From assembly GCF_006345805.1 (NCBI RefSeq), contig NC_043003.1:17174001-17238000 (forward strand): DNA of 64,000 nucleotides, given 5' to 3'. Below, piece after piece: positions 37,517-50,737 of this stretch. Position numbers and translations under genes: made by a program. The stretch's first letter is position 1; each line of letters opens with the position of its first letter. A model generated the notes under the pieces. That model was not told the origin of the DNA. It worked only from the letters and a program-made list of their open reading frames with translations, and made no database searches. This DNA comes from Octopus sinensis. Lineage: Eukaryota.

Positions 37517-38146
37517 GGTATTGATTATTAAGCAATTATTCGCGAAAACAAGAGGCATACAGATTTATTCTATAAATATATTCTTTCATTTAAAGCAATG
37601 GTTCGCATCTGAGGTTCATATGGCCTTTGTGGGATCCATATAAGATTTTGTTGTTAAAATTTATCGGCAATAAATTTGTTATATATCCACAATTCTCAAA
37701 ATATTTTAAAGAATTCTTTTTTACAATTCCTAATAATATTTGATGATAAAAATACATGATTTTTCAAACATCGAATGGTTAGGAGGGTCCATCCGAGGGA
37801 AATAGGAATCAAAGGAGTCCATAAGTAAAGATTAGTCGGGAAACATTGATTTAAAATCTAACGATTTGTACTCATTTAAGTTAATATATAAATGACACCA
37901 TGATTTGAATACATTATTAAATACTAATTGTATAGAGTAGTCACTGTTAATTTATATGTATTTTAATGAATATATTTTACATAATTAAAATGTAAGAGTA
38001 ACATAAGCAAAACAAAACTGATATATAGTAGAATTCTTGAATTGGTTGGTATCTACAAAATCTTGGATCCTAGTTTCATTTGCGCATCTGTAGACACTTT
38101 AATTTTGTTTGTACGTTTTAGTTTGGTTTTAATCTTTGTATAAAGA

Positions 38147-38535
38147 AAGGCGGTGAGTTGGCAGAAACGTTAGCACGCCGGGCGAAATGCTTAGCTGTAT
38201 TACGCCCGTCGCTACATTATGAGTTCAAACTCCACCGAGGTCGACTTTGCCTTCCATCCTTTCGGGGTCAATAAATTAAATACCAGTTACGCACTGGGGT
38301 CGATGTAGTCGACTTAATCCGTTTGTCTGTCCTTGTTTGTCCCCTCTGTGTTTAGCCCCTTGTGGGTAGTAAAGAAATAGGTATCACTTTTGGTTCTTTT
38401 ACGTTCCGATTTCAAATAAAACCGAGGTCAACTTTCACTTTCATCTTCCCGGGGTTGGTAAAAAGTAACAGCTGTTGAACAGTGGGGTCGATATAATCGA
38501 CTAGCTCCTCCTGACCTTGGGCTAAAATTAAAACT
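38147..38535 (+). mobile_element. Family-A SINE plus downstream diverged fragment
   Basis: Full unit 38147-38383 and partial unit at about 38400-38535. Confidence 0.85.
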
Positions 38536-39829
38536 CTCTATCTGACGTTTATTAGTTTCTTCGACTTGATTAAAACTCTGTAGACTTTATTAGGCCTTTA
38601 GGCCATCAATTGTTGCAAGAATTGTTGTTGTTTCCATAAAATATGGTTTTATTATTATCCTGTTTGTTGTTGTTGTTGATGTTGTTGCTTGATCTCAAGC
38701 CAGCACTAATTGAGCCGGCTTGTGATGAAAAGCTTTAGCCATTCCATCATTTTATTTACTCGGGACTACTTTGTCCGATGTATCGTTCTTATTCAATGAT
38801 ATCGGAATGATTTGAAGGAATCCGTCTGTTATTCCTAGCATAGCACGTGACCACGCTGAGACCACCTCATTGGTTCAATCACTCTTTGTTGATACAGAGC
38901 TGATTCGTGTTACGTTGTTGGCTCAATACAAAAATAAAATTTGGTTTACTAGATCTTCAATGTCTCATTTTCTTTCTAGTATGATTAATACTGACTTCGG
39001 GAGTCAATTCAGTGACCAATTTTTTTGTAACAGATCTGCTTCTTCTCTGATATCACCTTTGAAATTACTAATTACTATTCATTAGAAAATTATTCGTTAG
39101 ATCATTTTCAATCACCATATAACACCAAATGTAGCCGAAAGTTACACACGAGCTTCAAACGGGCATCGTTTCTTTTCTTGTTTCTTTTAACTTGCTTCTT
39201 ACTCTACTTTGATAAAAGGTTCACCTGAAACATCATTCTACTTACTCTTTTACTCTTTTACTTGTTTCAGTCATTTGACTGCGGCCATGCTGGAGCACCG
39301 CCTTGTTTTCTTTTTCCATTTTTTTTTGTGACATACTGTGTACAACTTTTGTTGTTAAATTTTTCTGCCTATATTTACTTAGTCCATCGCTTTTCTAACT
39401 TTTGTCTACCTGTTGTGGCATTTCGTCCGTCTCTGCCTTTCAGAATTCAAATCCCATCAACATCTACTGTGTCTTTCATCCTTTCAAGGACGATAAAATA
39501 AATACCAATCGAGCACTGGGTTCTATGTAATCGACTAACCCCCTTCCACCAGGCCTAGTGTCTTTGATAGAAATGATTATTATTATCCGTAGTATATGCT
39601 TTGTTATATCTTTACGCCAATTTTTAAATTAGATCGTAGTATATTATGAAGAATATATGAACTTACTGTATACAATATCCTTTGAATCTCATTTGGAAAG
39701 GCTTTTCTGGAATTTCTTCGATGTGTTCTGCTCTACGCCTGACTGGGTTTATGACTACAGGAATAGCTCTTGCTCTGATGTAACTTATTTTCGGTATTTC
39801 AATTTCCAGGCAATTTCCGTATGTGCGTG

Positions 39830-40063
39830 CGCGTATGTGTGTCTGTGTGTGTGTGTGTTTGTTTGTGTGTGTGTGTTTGTGTGTGTGTGTGTTTGTGTGT
39901 GTTTGTGTTTGTATGAGTGTGTGTGTGCACGCGCGTGTGTGTGTCTATTAATGTATGTATGTGCCTATATATATATATATATATACATACATACATATAT
40001 ATATGTGTGTATATGTATATACATACATATACATACATACATATATATATGTATATATACATG

Positions 40064-40122
<59 letters not shown>
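39830..40122. repeat. Compound (TG)/(TA)/(TACA) microsatellite
   Basis: Direct reading. Confidence 0.95.
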
Positions 40123-40126
<4 letters not shown>

Positions 40127-40289
40127 CTCTATAGGGTAATACATGGTCACTCAGTGATATTCAATCTGCGGTTGAATAATTGCTAAGATTCAGCATGAAA
40201 CCATTATTACCGCATTTGCACTAATCATTCTATTAGAAAAAGGTTCTTCGTTTCATCATTCACCATTGCGGTGTTGATTACACACTTTC

Positions 40290-40320
<31 letters not shown>

Positions 40321-40670
40321 TGTAATTGGTGGCATTGCTCGGAGCATTTTTATGCCTTTCCCTGAAACGTTCCAATGTTTGATGTAGACTTCATTAACCA
40401 ACCTACAAACTTGCTTTTGTCATCATCAGTGCCAATAGTTAAATCAAATACTCGTCTAGACATTTTAGTATCGTCTGCATGTCTATTATCTGTATCTTTC
40501 TGTTTATCGTGCTGAATTAGTTAAAAACTGTTAGAATTTTTATTAATTTTTCTTTACATTTAAGTGTCGGCTAAGCTCGCTCATGATTATCCTTATTCGT
40601 CGGATATATTCTGTTCAAATCAATTTTACGGCTCATAATCCTTTCTTTATATTTAGTCATATAGGCGTAT

Positions 40671-41085
40671 ATAGGCGTAGGAGTGACTGTGTGGTAAGTA
40701 TCTTGCTTACCAACCACATGGTTCCGGGTTCAGTCCCACTGCATGGCACCTTGGGCAAGTGTCTTCTACTATAGCCTCGGGCCGACCAAAACCTTGTGAG
40801 TGGATTTGGTAGACGGAAACTGAAAGAAGCCCGTCGTACATATGTGTATATATATGTAGGTGTATGTATATGTTTGTGTGTCTGTGTTTGCCCCCCCCCC
40901 CCAACATCGCTTGACAACCGATGCTGGTGTGTTTACGTCCCCGTAACTTAGCGCTTCGGCAAAAGAAACCGATAGAATAAGTACTAGGCTTACAAATAAT
41001 AAGTCCTGGGTCGATTTGCTCGACTAAAGGCGGTGCTCCAGCATGGCCACAGTTAAATGACTGAAACAAGTAAAAGAGTAAAGAG
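40671..41085 (+). mobile_element. Full-length family-B SINE
   Basis: Same motifs as 36249-36659; followed by a family-A fragment at about 41105-41255. Confidence 0.93.
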
Positions 41086-41835
41086 AGTCCTCTCTTGTTG
41101 GTCTCGCTCTGAGTTCAAATTCCACCGAGGTTGGCATTTGCCTTTCGCCCTTTCGTGGTCGATTTAATATGTATCAGTTGAGCACTGGGGTCGATGTAAT
41201 CGACTTACTCCCCCACCCCTAAATTGCTGGCCTTGTGCCTATACTTGAAAGGTTATTTAGTCCTCTTGTACATTGATCTTCACAGATTAATTTTCACTTC
41301 TTTAATGATTTAATTGCTGATTTATATCAATATTAATGTTTTCTGACACAATTGACTTGCAGACTCTGGTACGATTTTGAATGGAAAACTCCTTCAAACT
41401 CTCAGTTTTATACATTTATATAAAGAACAATACTAATCTCATTATCCATATTACCGTATAATTCAGGCATGTTTGAATGAGAAAATAAATATTCATAATA
41501 AATGTGCAATAAAATCTCCTTGAAGTAACCCATGTCACATTTGGATCGTCTCATTTGTTAGGATTCCATCCTTGAAGTTTCACCACACTTGAGTCTTCCA
41601 TTGGCACATTTTCAACTACAAACGGATTTTTAAATATCATCATTTATGGATCAATATAAATACGATAATAATTACAGACATTGTGTGATAGTTTTTAACA
41701 GAACAGAAGTTTTTTTCTTTTTCAGTTTACCATCTTCTCCAAATGTTTTAATTATATTTGATTTTTAAACATATTCTTTTTAATAGAATTGCCTGTTCGT
41801 TTATGTTTTAATATAATGATTATGATGTTCAGTTT

Positions 41836-42015
41836 GGATGTTCCTTTGTTAAAGATAGTTTAAGGAAAATCAGATATGTAGGTGATCGCCATCATGTTGA
41901 TGGTTATGTTCATAAAATACTGGGATGTTCCTTTGTTGAAGATAGTGTAAGTAAATAAAATATGTTGGTGATCTCCATCAAATTAGTTATGTTGATGATT
42001 ATTCTCATAAAATAC
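41836..42015. repeat. Diverged tandem duplication, about 87-bp period, 2 copies
   Basis: ggatgttcctttgtt at 41836 and 41923, each followed by aagatagt..ggtgatc.ccatca..cataaaatac. Confidence 0.8.
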
Positions 42016-42234
42016 GACTTGCTGTTGCCCACTCCTCTCATAGATCGTATATCTTTAATGGAAATGGAAAGAGAGTAGTCAGCTGCGAGAAGAGACCTCT
42101 GTAGTCATCAAGCAGAATGAAGAGACAGTACCTTAATTAGCTAGAGATTGGAGTGTATCAGTGTGTGGCTTCAGACAATTGGTCAAGTGGCGTTTCTTTT
42201 CTTTTTAAACGTTAAACACACTGGTCAACGCTCC

Positions 42235-44117
42235 CTTCTCATCTCTTAGACCTATGAACTCTGATCAAACATGGATACCACATTTCACGTCTTATCATCA
42301 AACAAGCCACATAGGTCGTTACGAAGTAGAGAAAAGGCGAGTTCTGAAAGTCGACAGAAACATGTTGGCAATAAAACCAAATGATCAGCTACAGTATGTG
42401 GAGCAGGGGCGTTTGCGGGCTGTATTAATGCACAGGGACGTTTTTTTGCAGTTTCAGTGACGATCTCACAAAATTTGCGAAGCTGAGTAAAAGTTTGTAG
42501 ACGTGTGAGATTTTCTCCAGGTGTTGTAGGCTGTCCTCTTTGATTTAACTGTTGCGGGTAGAGTTATGATTGAAGCACTTGGGAAACTTAGAGTTGTAAA
42601 TTTTGGTTGTGCTTTGTATGTGTAGTAACACATCTAAGGTGAAGGGTTGTCTCTTGTTATGTTGGTTAGTCCATATTAATCCGCAAAGAGCATAGCGTCG
42701 GTTTTCGGTTTCTCTGACGTGTATATCCCTCCCTGGACGGGAAACCGGTCAAATAAGGGATTACTCCTTTTTGCCAACTGATTGCACCGGGGAAACGTGA
42801 AATGAAGTGTTTTGCTCAAAAACACAACGCACAGCCTGATCCAAGAGTCGAAACCACAATCTTATGAACCTGTGTACAACACCCCAACCATTAAGTCATT
42901 GCCAGGCTGCTTAATGAACCCAATGGGCCAGGGCGAAGCAAATTTGCACTTGGTGAAGCTTCAAGCAACAAACTGTATTAAAGTGTCATTAAGTTCAAAA
43001 GATAGGGTGCGTTGCGTAGAATGTGTTATGTTGTGTCATGATAAGGTTGTGGATGACCTGATCGGTACAGAAACGGTGATGGTTTGGTAGAAGTTAAGCT
43101 TGAAGATGATAAAAAGATTAAAGTATAATTAGAACATTTGGGTGTTGGTCATGCTTGTGAGTTGGGTGTGAAATCAGTTGATTACAAAGTTCAGGATTGC
43201 GAAACATTCGACTGCTACACTGATCATGAGTATGGGATGGATTGAGAAACCTAGGGTTGTAAATTTGGGTCGTACTTTGTATGTGGAGTAACACGCCTAA
43301 GGTGAAGGGTTGTCTCTTGTTATATTGGTTAGTCCATATTAATCCGCAAAGAGCATAGCGTAGGTTTTCGGTTTCTCTGGCGTGTATATCCCTCCCTGGA
43401 CTGGAAACCGGTCCGTCGCAGGATTATTCGTTTTTGCCAGCTAAGTGGACCAGAGAAACGTGAAATGAAGTGTTTTGCTCAAGAACACAACGCACCGGCT
43501 TGTCTAAGAATCGAAACCACAATCTTATGATCCTGTGTCCAACACCCCAACCATTAAGTCATTGCCTGGCTGCTTAATGAACCCAATGGGCCAAAGTGAA
43601 GGAAATATGCACTTGGTGAAGCTCCAAGTGTATATCCCTCCCTGGACGGGAAACCGGTCAAATAAGGGATCAAAGAAGATCTGTGAACATTGAAATAGCC
43701 CTAGACAATAATCTAAAAGAGGGATGAAATAAGACGGGTCATCAACGCGCGAAGAAGTATGGCCGACCAACCGTTTTGGTGGTTGACGAGTTCGATGGAT
43801 TGTAAGAGAATAAACATGTATTTAGAAGTGTGGAGAAGGTCTTTGTTACCGATTTCTTGCTGAGAGTGGTGAAAAGTAGGGAACAGGTGACAGACACATC
43901 AACTTTCTTTGTGTGAAAGATAAAAACAATGTAAATTTAGACAGCAAAAAAAAAGGACTACGAATAATATCTGTTCCTATCCAAAGCCCAAATCTATCGA
44001 CTATAGTTGATAGATCTGTATTTCGGAGAGGAACGGCCTATGTGGCTTGTTTGATGATAAGACGTGAAATGTGGTATCCATGTTAGATCAGAGTTCATAG
44101 GCCTAAGAGATGAGAAG
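42235..44117. repeat. 86-bp inverted repeat (42235-42320 / 44032-44117) enclosing a 383-bp direct duplication (42583-42965 / 43246-43628)
   Basis: The arms differ at 3 of 86 positions; no TSD is visible. Confidence 0.92.
42330..43860 (-). mobile_element. Rearranged CR1/L2-like LINE ORF2 remnant (endonuclease and linker region) with SINE insertions
   Basis: Frameshifted minus-strand pieces VAVECFAILN..QLISHPTH, TVSVPIRSS(DH)NLI and KSKRTAYNTWRK...SFGFIANMFLSTF resemble recalled AP-endonuclease/linker motifs. H1-type SINE remnants at about 42690-42905 and 43355-43570. Confidence 0.6.
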
Positions 44118-44544
44118 CATGTTTAATGTTTAATTTTAATTTTTTTTTTTGTATCAAGGAACGGGTAAAGAGTGTCGATGCGCCGTGAGGTCACGATAAC
44201 CCTGATACAAGCTTTTAACTGACACTTTCCATTTGATCTTTATCAATAAACCATTAAACTTTCTCAAATTTTCTTCAAACAAGTGATTGACATATCAACG
44301 AGAAGTAGTCTAAGCTCTAATATGCTTATCCATTTGAACAGGTATTCCAACACTATCGAAACAGTCATTTTCGACGATCGGTTTTCATGACTTTGTCTGA
44401 CATCTTTATAATGTACTATAATTTTCGTTCTCAATTCAGGGACCCCTAAAATCCAATATCATTACTTTGAACATAATGTTTCCGGGATCAAACAATCGTT
44501 TGCTTTGTGCATCCGACCAAGATTAAGATTTTAGTTCTCTAGTA

Positions 44545-45050
44545 ATGCTTCTGATAGCAGAATCATTACCCCGCCGCATTTCCTCAGGCAATTTACGTTC
44601 TGTGTTCGAGTGTCAGCTAAGTCGATTTGCCTTTCATCCTTTCACGATCGATGAAATAAGTACCAATAGAACACTGGGGTCGATGCAATTGACTTGCCTT
44701 CCTCATCAAAATTACTGGCCTTGTGCCAAATTTAAGAATTATTTACTTTGCCTTTCATCCTTTCTGGGTCACTAATATAAAGTATAAGTACCAGTTGAGC
44801 ATCGGGGTAGGGGGACAATGTAACCGACTTATCGTTCCCTTAAAATATCTGGTCTTGTTCCAAACTTTGAAGCCACTATCGTTAAGCGACCTTTCTTCCA
44901 ACTTTGCGTTCTGAGTTCAAATTCCGCCTGAGTCGACTTTGCCTTTCAATTTTTCGGGGGTCGACAAAATGAGTACCAGTTGAACAATGGTGTCGATGTA
45001 ATCGATTTATCCCCTTCTCCGAAATTACTGGCCTGGTGCCAAACTTTGTT
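44545..45050 (+). mobile_element. Three tandem diverged family-A SINE fragments
   Basis: Repeated tttgcctttca(t/a)..ggtc..aagtacca units. Confidence 0.75.
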
Positions 45051-45490
45051 GTTGCTGGTTTTGTTGCTGTTATTATTATTATTATTATGCCCCTCAGCTA
45101 AATGTTGGTGTATTTCGTAATATAAAACATTATAGTTTATTATAACTATTCTTATTGATGTTTGAAACTTAGAGACGCTTAGAAGGCCAGTGAATCACTT
45201 GCAATTTTAACCCGGGGCCTTGTTTGTCGAGGTAGCTTAATCTAAGTCCCACAATAATTATTTTGACAGTTGAAAGTATATACAACAAGCTTACAGAGTA
45301 CATTACAGAACATTACTGAATACGTAATTTGAAAAAAAAAAGTTAATATTTTATATTCTACTTTCACTTTCTCGTGTTCACTGCATTCTGATATTTTTGC
45401 TACAACGAAAAATTGGTTTTGAGTTCCTTAAACGTTAGAAACTTTAAGGGATCAAAGAAATAGGACACCTATGTGTGTAAAAAGAGTAAA

Positions 45491-45823
45491 GACCCCTTTC
45501 GGTTATGAATGACCATGGGATTGCATCTAGAAAGTCCCCATCTAAGGCACAAGTCTGGACAAATTTGTTTATAGATGACCAGTAGTCACCCATTCATGCC
45601 AGCCTTCTCTCTCTACGCTACTCATGTTATTCAAGGGAGAGACAAAAGGCGATATACCTTGGCACCAGTGACGTCACAACTCATGTCTACAACTGAGTGA
45701 ACTGGAGCAACGTGAAATAAAGTGTCTTGCTCAAGAATACAACATTCAGCCCGGTCTGAAAATCGAATTCACTACCTCATGGTTGTGAGCCCAGTGCTCT
45801 AACCACTGAGCCATGTGCCTTCA
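45491..45823 (-). mobile_element. SINE: H1' head plus T3 tail (older copy)
   Basis: Reverse complement of the 27542-27873 architecture. Confidence 0.85.
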
Positions 45824-46109
45824 TTCATTTATGTAATATATATAAAACAAGTTTGACACTCAACTGCATCCATTTATACAGTGTTCTAATTTTTTCAATG
45901 AACAACTGTGATACAGAATTCAGATTGAATCTTATATAGTCATTAGTGGCCTTCTGTGGAGAACCCTACTAAATGAATAACAGCATTTAGCTCTGTATTT
46001 TTCAGTATCTGACGTCTGTGAGATAAGCACCGGGTATCTGCTGAGTCCATTCAATCAATTATATTCTCTTCTTGCTAATTTTTTACCTTATTTTTTCATC
46101 TTTAGTTTT

Positions 46110-47225
46110 GTTTGTTTCGGTCATAGAATCACCACAAAGGGTCTTGTAGCCGAACAAATTGGACTAGTACTTAATTCACGTTTTTTTTCTTTAAAAAATT
46201 CCGGTATTTATTCTATCGGCATCTTCCGCCGAACAGCTAGATTACAGGGACGTAAAGAAACCAATGCCGTTTACCAAGCGTTGGTGGAGGACAAACATAG
46301 ACACAAAGACACACATACATGCTCAAACACATACACACACACATGCATATATAAGGCTTGTTCAAAAATATTTGATAGAGTCAGAATAGTTAAAGGAAAA
46401 ACTTTCTTAAAAGTTAGCCATGTAGAAATTTTGGAAATATTGGGTTGTCCGGAAAGTTCATGCCGATTTTTAAAGGAAAGAAAAAGGTCAATAAATACTT
46501 GCCATTACCCAAGCTTTACCAGGTGCTTATGAACGACGGGTTTTGATAGGTTGAGGCTTTCTGCCAATTCTCGGGCTGTGCAATGTGGGTTATTCTCAAT
46601 TAAAGACTTGATTTGGTCATCATCTGTAGTGGATGGTCTGTCCGATCGCTCTTTATCAATAAGGCTACAATATCCAGCTCGGAACCTTGAGAACCACTTC
46701 CGTATAGTTCTTTCGGATAAAGAAACATCACCGTAAACTGCGCATATTTCCTTGGTTGCTTGTGAGGCATTTTTCCCCTTTATGGAAAAAGAAAATCAAG
46801 TGCCGAAAAGGAACTTTCTTATCTTCCATTTTAAAGGGTTACAGAATTAACACAGGTTATAGGAACATAAACCTTCTTCCACGAAAAGATAGCTTAAACT
46901 GTGCTCTAAATGGAGGTGTAGTCAAATCCTATTTTATGGACTCAGCCATGCTCTAAAATAAGTCGAAAGTTAAGCTACTATAAATCGGCACGAACTTTCC
47001 GAACAACCTAATACAATGGTGCGAACGTTTTGGAAAGGAACGCATATATACACGTTTCTTTCCTAAATGAACTTCTTTCAGTTTCCATTTACTAAATTTA
47101 CTCTCAAGACACTGGATAGGCCGGAGGCTTTAGTAAAAGACTTTTGCCCAAGACGTCGCTCTGTGAACCCAAAATCCCGAGGCTGCAAAGCGAGCGTTTC
47201 AATCACACAGCTATGTCTGCACTTA
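46110..47225 (-). mobile_element. Diverged family-B SINE split by insertions in its central microsatellite region
   Basis: 3' half at about 46110-46345, 5' half at about 47060-47225, with the mariner between them. Confidence 0.7.
46440..47011 (-). mobile_element. Internally deleted mariner (Tc1/mariner) element, 572 bp
   Basis: 30-bp TIRs (27/30 identical; ttgggttgtccggaaagttcatgccgattt) with TA on both flanks. 46829-46505 encodes a transposase N-terminus with one frameshift: MEDKKVPFRHLIFFFHKG/KNASQATKEICAVYG...ERTIRKWFSRFRAG...RSDRP...ARELAESLNLS...HKHLVKLG*. The catalytic DDD domain is absent. Confidence 0.95.
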
Positions 47226-48001
47226 TGTGCAAAGTTAAAAAGAAATAAATATTATGCTTTGCTAAACATGACTAGAATGTTTTCATGCACATTCGCTGAA
47301 ACCGTTTATCTATTCAGTATTTTAGTTTTCTATGTTATCTGAATAATGTTTTTTTACGTATTTTTTGAGGTACAAGTCTCTAAAGCAATGTTAACTCTTA
47401 TCATCCCATTTACTCTCATTTTATATTTACGTGATATCGTTAACATTCATGTTAAATTTAACATTCACAGTCTCCTATTGTTATCATTATCTTTTGCACG
47501 ACGCGTCTACTTCATCGGCGTAACAAATGCAATTTTTCACTTTTAGTTATTGTTGAGACTTACTGGAATGGTGACAGTTTCCACACGAAATGCCTGATAA
47601 AACTTACACACATGCATACATACACACTTACACACATTCATACATAAATACACACGTACATACATTCATACATACATACATGCCCATAAACGCCCAATGG
47701 CGTACGTAGATGAATTCTAAGGAGTATGAAACTCGACTAATCTTGTAAGTGCTATTATCTAAATGAACAAATATGTTATTGAAAATTTTGCCGCTCAGTT
47801 TTAAAACCGGAATTTACACACACATTCACACATATATTTGCTATGTATGGCAGAACAGGGTGTACATTTATTTGAATTAACATTGCTTTACAACTTTACA
47901 ACAAGGATGTATTTTTGTAGAGATACGAGATTATGTACGCAATAAGAACATAATCCTCTTCATTTCATGACTTTTGTAAAATAAAAAATGAAACAGCTGT
48001 A

Positions 48002-48066
<65 letters not shown>

Positions 48067-49034
48067 TAACACCTGTACATTTATATGTATGAAATCCTAG
48101 AAGACACACACACAGAACGGATTTTATATAATAGATATATATGTATGTATGTATGATATCGTACAATCGTAGAACTCACATACACATGTACACATTCATA
48201 TTCATTAGCAAACATGCATACATAAGTACGAACAAAGTATAGGGAAGTTGATGATAGTCTGTGTCGTCAAAAATTATGCCCTGAAATCTTTAGGTTTTGG
48301 TAAGTTCATATACTGCGGCTGAGAAAACGAATCTGACGTTTCGGAACAAAATCCTTCATCTAAGATGTAGCTGAGAAAGAAGGGTAAACGTTTGAAACAG
48401 TCTTAAACTATCTGAGTATGGACAAAATTTTTATCGAGATGTGCAAACTTACCAGCAAAACAATCTACTATAGAGATTATGGTATTTTACGTCCTAGATC
48501 TTCTATTGTGTTGGATGTTCCTATTTTCAACAACTCTGTTATGTAATATTTAAGATCAATGTGGTTACATTTTTGTTCGTGCCTTACATTTTTGTGTATC
48601 AAATATAATAATTCATTTTGTTTCATTGATATTAACATTTCTATCAGTAGGGTTTCATATATCAATTGTTGTGTAAACATTTATTTGTTCTTTGGTGACC
48701 ATGTAATACTGACCTTCAACTATATCAACCTGTGTATCTCTAAATCCACGGAGTTTACTACTCCTTGCTATTTAGAGACTCTCACTGGTCTACATACATA
48801 CTATTTTCCTGAAAATTTGGGTTTGGTATTGCTTTCATATTTCCGACTACTTCAAATTTGATTTAGAATTGGTTATTTGTATATATATGAGCCTAACGGA
48901 AACTGACTACTCAAACTTTGCTCACTGACATTAATCTGCTTGTAAAATTCTACTTGAGAGATTAGCTTTATTTTTTTTTATCATTTCTTGAGTTGTTTTG
49001 CAGTTTTAGCGTATTTCGATATTTTTGACAGACA

Positions 49035-49700
49035 AGGTGGCGAGCTAGAGGAACATTAGCACGCCGTATAAAATACTTAGCGGCATTTCATCTATCTTTG
49101 CGTTCTGAGTTCAAACGCCGCCTGGTTCGACTTTGCCTTTCATTATTTCGGGGAACGATAAAATAAATAAATACACGCTGAACACTGGGGTAGTTGTAAT
49201 CGACTGACCCCTTCCCTGAACTTGCTGGACTTGCGCCAAAATTTGAAACCATTGTTATTTACTATTATTATATGATCATCATAAGGCGGTGACCTACAGG
49301 ATCGTTAGCACGCCGGGCGAAACGTTTAGCGGCATTTCGTTCGCTTTGACGTTCTGAGTTCAAATTCCTCCGAGGTCGACTTTGCCTTTCGTCCTTTTGG
49401 TGTCGATAAATTAAGTACCAGTTGTGTACTGGGGTCGATATAATCGATTGGCTCCCTACCCCCAAAATTTCGGGCCTTTTGCCTAGAGTAGAAAAGAACC
49501 TTTGACACGCCGGGAAAAACGCTTAGCGGCATTTCGTTCGCCTTGACGTTCAGAGTTCAAATTCCACCAAGGTCGACTTTGCCTTTCATCCTTTCGTGGT
49601 CGATAAATTTACTACCAGTTGAGCACTGGGATCGATGTAATCGACTAGGACCATCCCCCAAAGTTTCAGGCCTTGTGCTTATGGCAGAAAAGATTTATGG
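49035..49700 (+). mobile_element. Tandem array of three family-A SINE copies
   Basis: Units at about 49035, 49283 and 49500. Confidence 0.85.
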
Positions 49701-49741
49701 TCATCTTGGCAGCAAATAAAAGACATCATTACCATTACAAT

Positions 49742-49779
<38 letters not shown>

Positions 49780-50169
49780 TTGTTGTTGTTGTTAGCACTT
49801 TTGCGTCACCAAAGACCTATTCTTTGAGTTTATGGTTTACGTTCGTTGCAATGACTGCTATTTACTTCTTTTATCTGCTGTTTATACCTCATTGGTTGAG
49901 AACGGAAGTTAGTTGAGTAACAATATATGCAGGAGAGGGTCAATACTTTCTATTGAGCTTTAAATCCAAATCCCCAAATTCTATCGTAAAATCGATACGA
50001 AATAAGGATTTCATATATTGGCACAAGGTTCACAAAATGTTGGTCGTATAATAGACAGGGCCATCTAACCCAGAATATTGCTAGTTCCTACTCCTCTGTC
50101 AGCTTCGAATATGTACTTAGGTTGACGTGACATATACTGCATATGAGAAGGTAATAACAAAAGGGGTGG

Positions 50170-50426
50170 AAGGTGGCGAGCTGGCAGAACCGTTAGCACG
50201 CCGGGCGAAATGCTTAGCGGTATTTCGTCTGTCTTTACGTTCTGAGTTCAAATTCCGCCGAGGTCGACTTTGCCTTTCATCCTTTCGGAGGTCGATAAAT
50301 TAAGTACCAGTTACGCACTGGAGTCGATGTAATCGACTTAATCCGTTTGTCTGTCCTTGTTTGTCGCCTCTGTGTTTAGCCCCTTGTGGGTAATAAAGAA
50401 ATAGGTATTTCGTCTGTCTTTACGTT
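50170..50426 (+). mobile_element. Family-A SINE with 23-nt internal re-entry at the 3' end
   Basis: ggtatttcgtctgtctttacgtt at 50219-50241 is repeated at 50404-50426. Confidence 0.92.
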
Positions 50427-50499
50427 TAGCCAGAGATGATTTTTAAAATGAGAATATCTGAAATAAACTTGACTGCTCTCACAAACGAGAATACTAAAA

Positions 50500-50715
50500 A
50501 TGAACTCGACCGCTTCGAAAAATAATCCAGAATCCTTGTCCGGTAATGGATCGGCCCCAAAATCTAATCAGTTCGTGCCAGTCACGAGGCCAAACATCCC
50601 TTAAAGTTTCATCCGAATCCATCCAGCGGTTCTTGAGATATCTTGTCCACAGACAAACAAGCAAACAAACACGACTGAAAACAATTTCCCCCCGCCTTCG
50701 CTAAGGCGGGGGTAA
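50500..50715 (-). mobile_element. Non-autonomous Helentron-type (HINE/DINE-1-like) element, partial
   Basis: Terminal stem-loop cccccgcctt-cgct-aaggcggggg (50689-50712) next to (TAA)n; internal (CAAA)-type microsatellite; body ...gatggattcggatgaaacttt of the recalled HINE type. Confidence 0.6.
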
Positions 50716-50737
50716 TAATAATAATAATAATAATACA

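Noticed and set aside
41705-41760. Strong-looking acceptors at 41725 and 51200 as extra coding exons
   Set aside because: In the phase-1 frame both hit a stop within a few codons and lack a good donor.
42235-44117. Intact DNA transposon defined by the 86-bp inverted repeat
   Set aside because: No TSD and no transposase; the interior is LINE/SINE debris. Kept only as a rearrangement finding.
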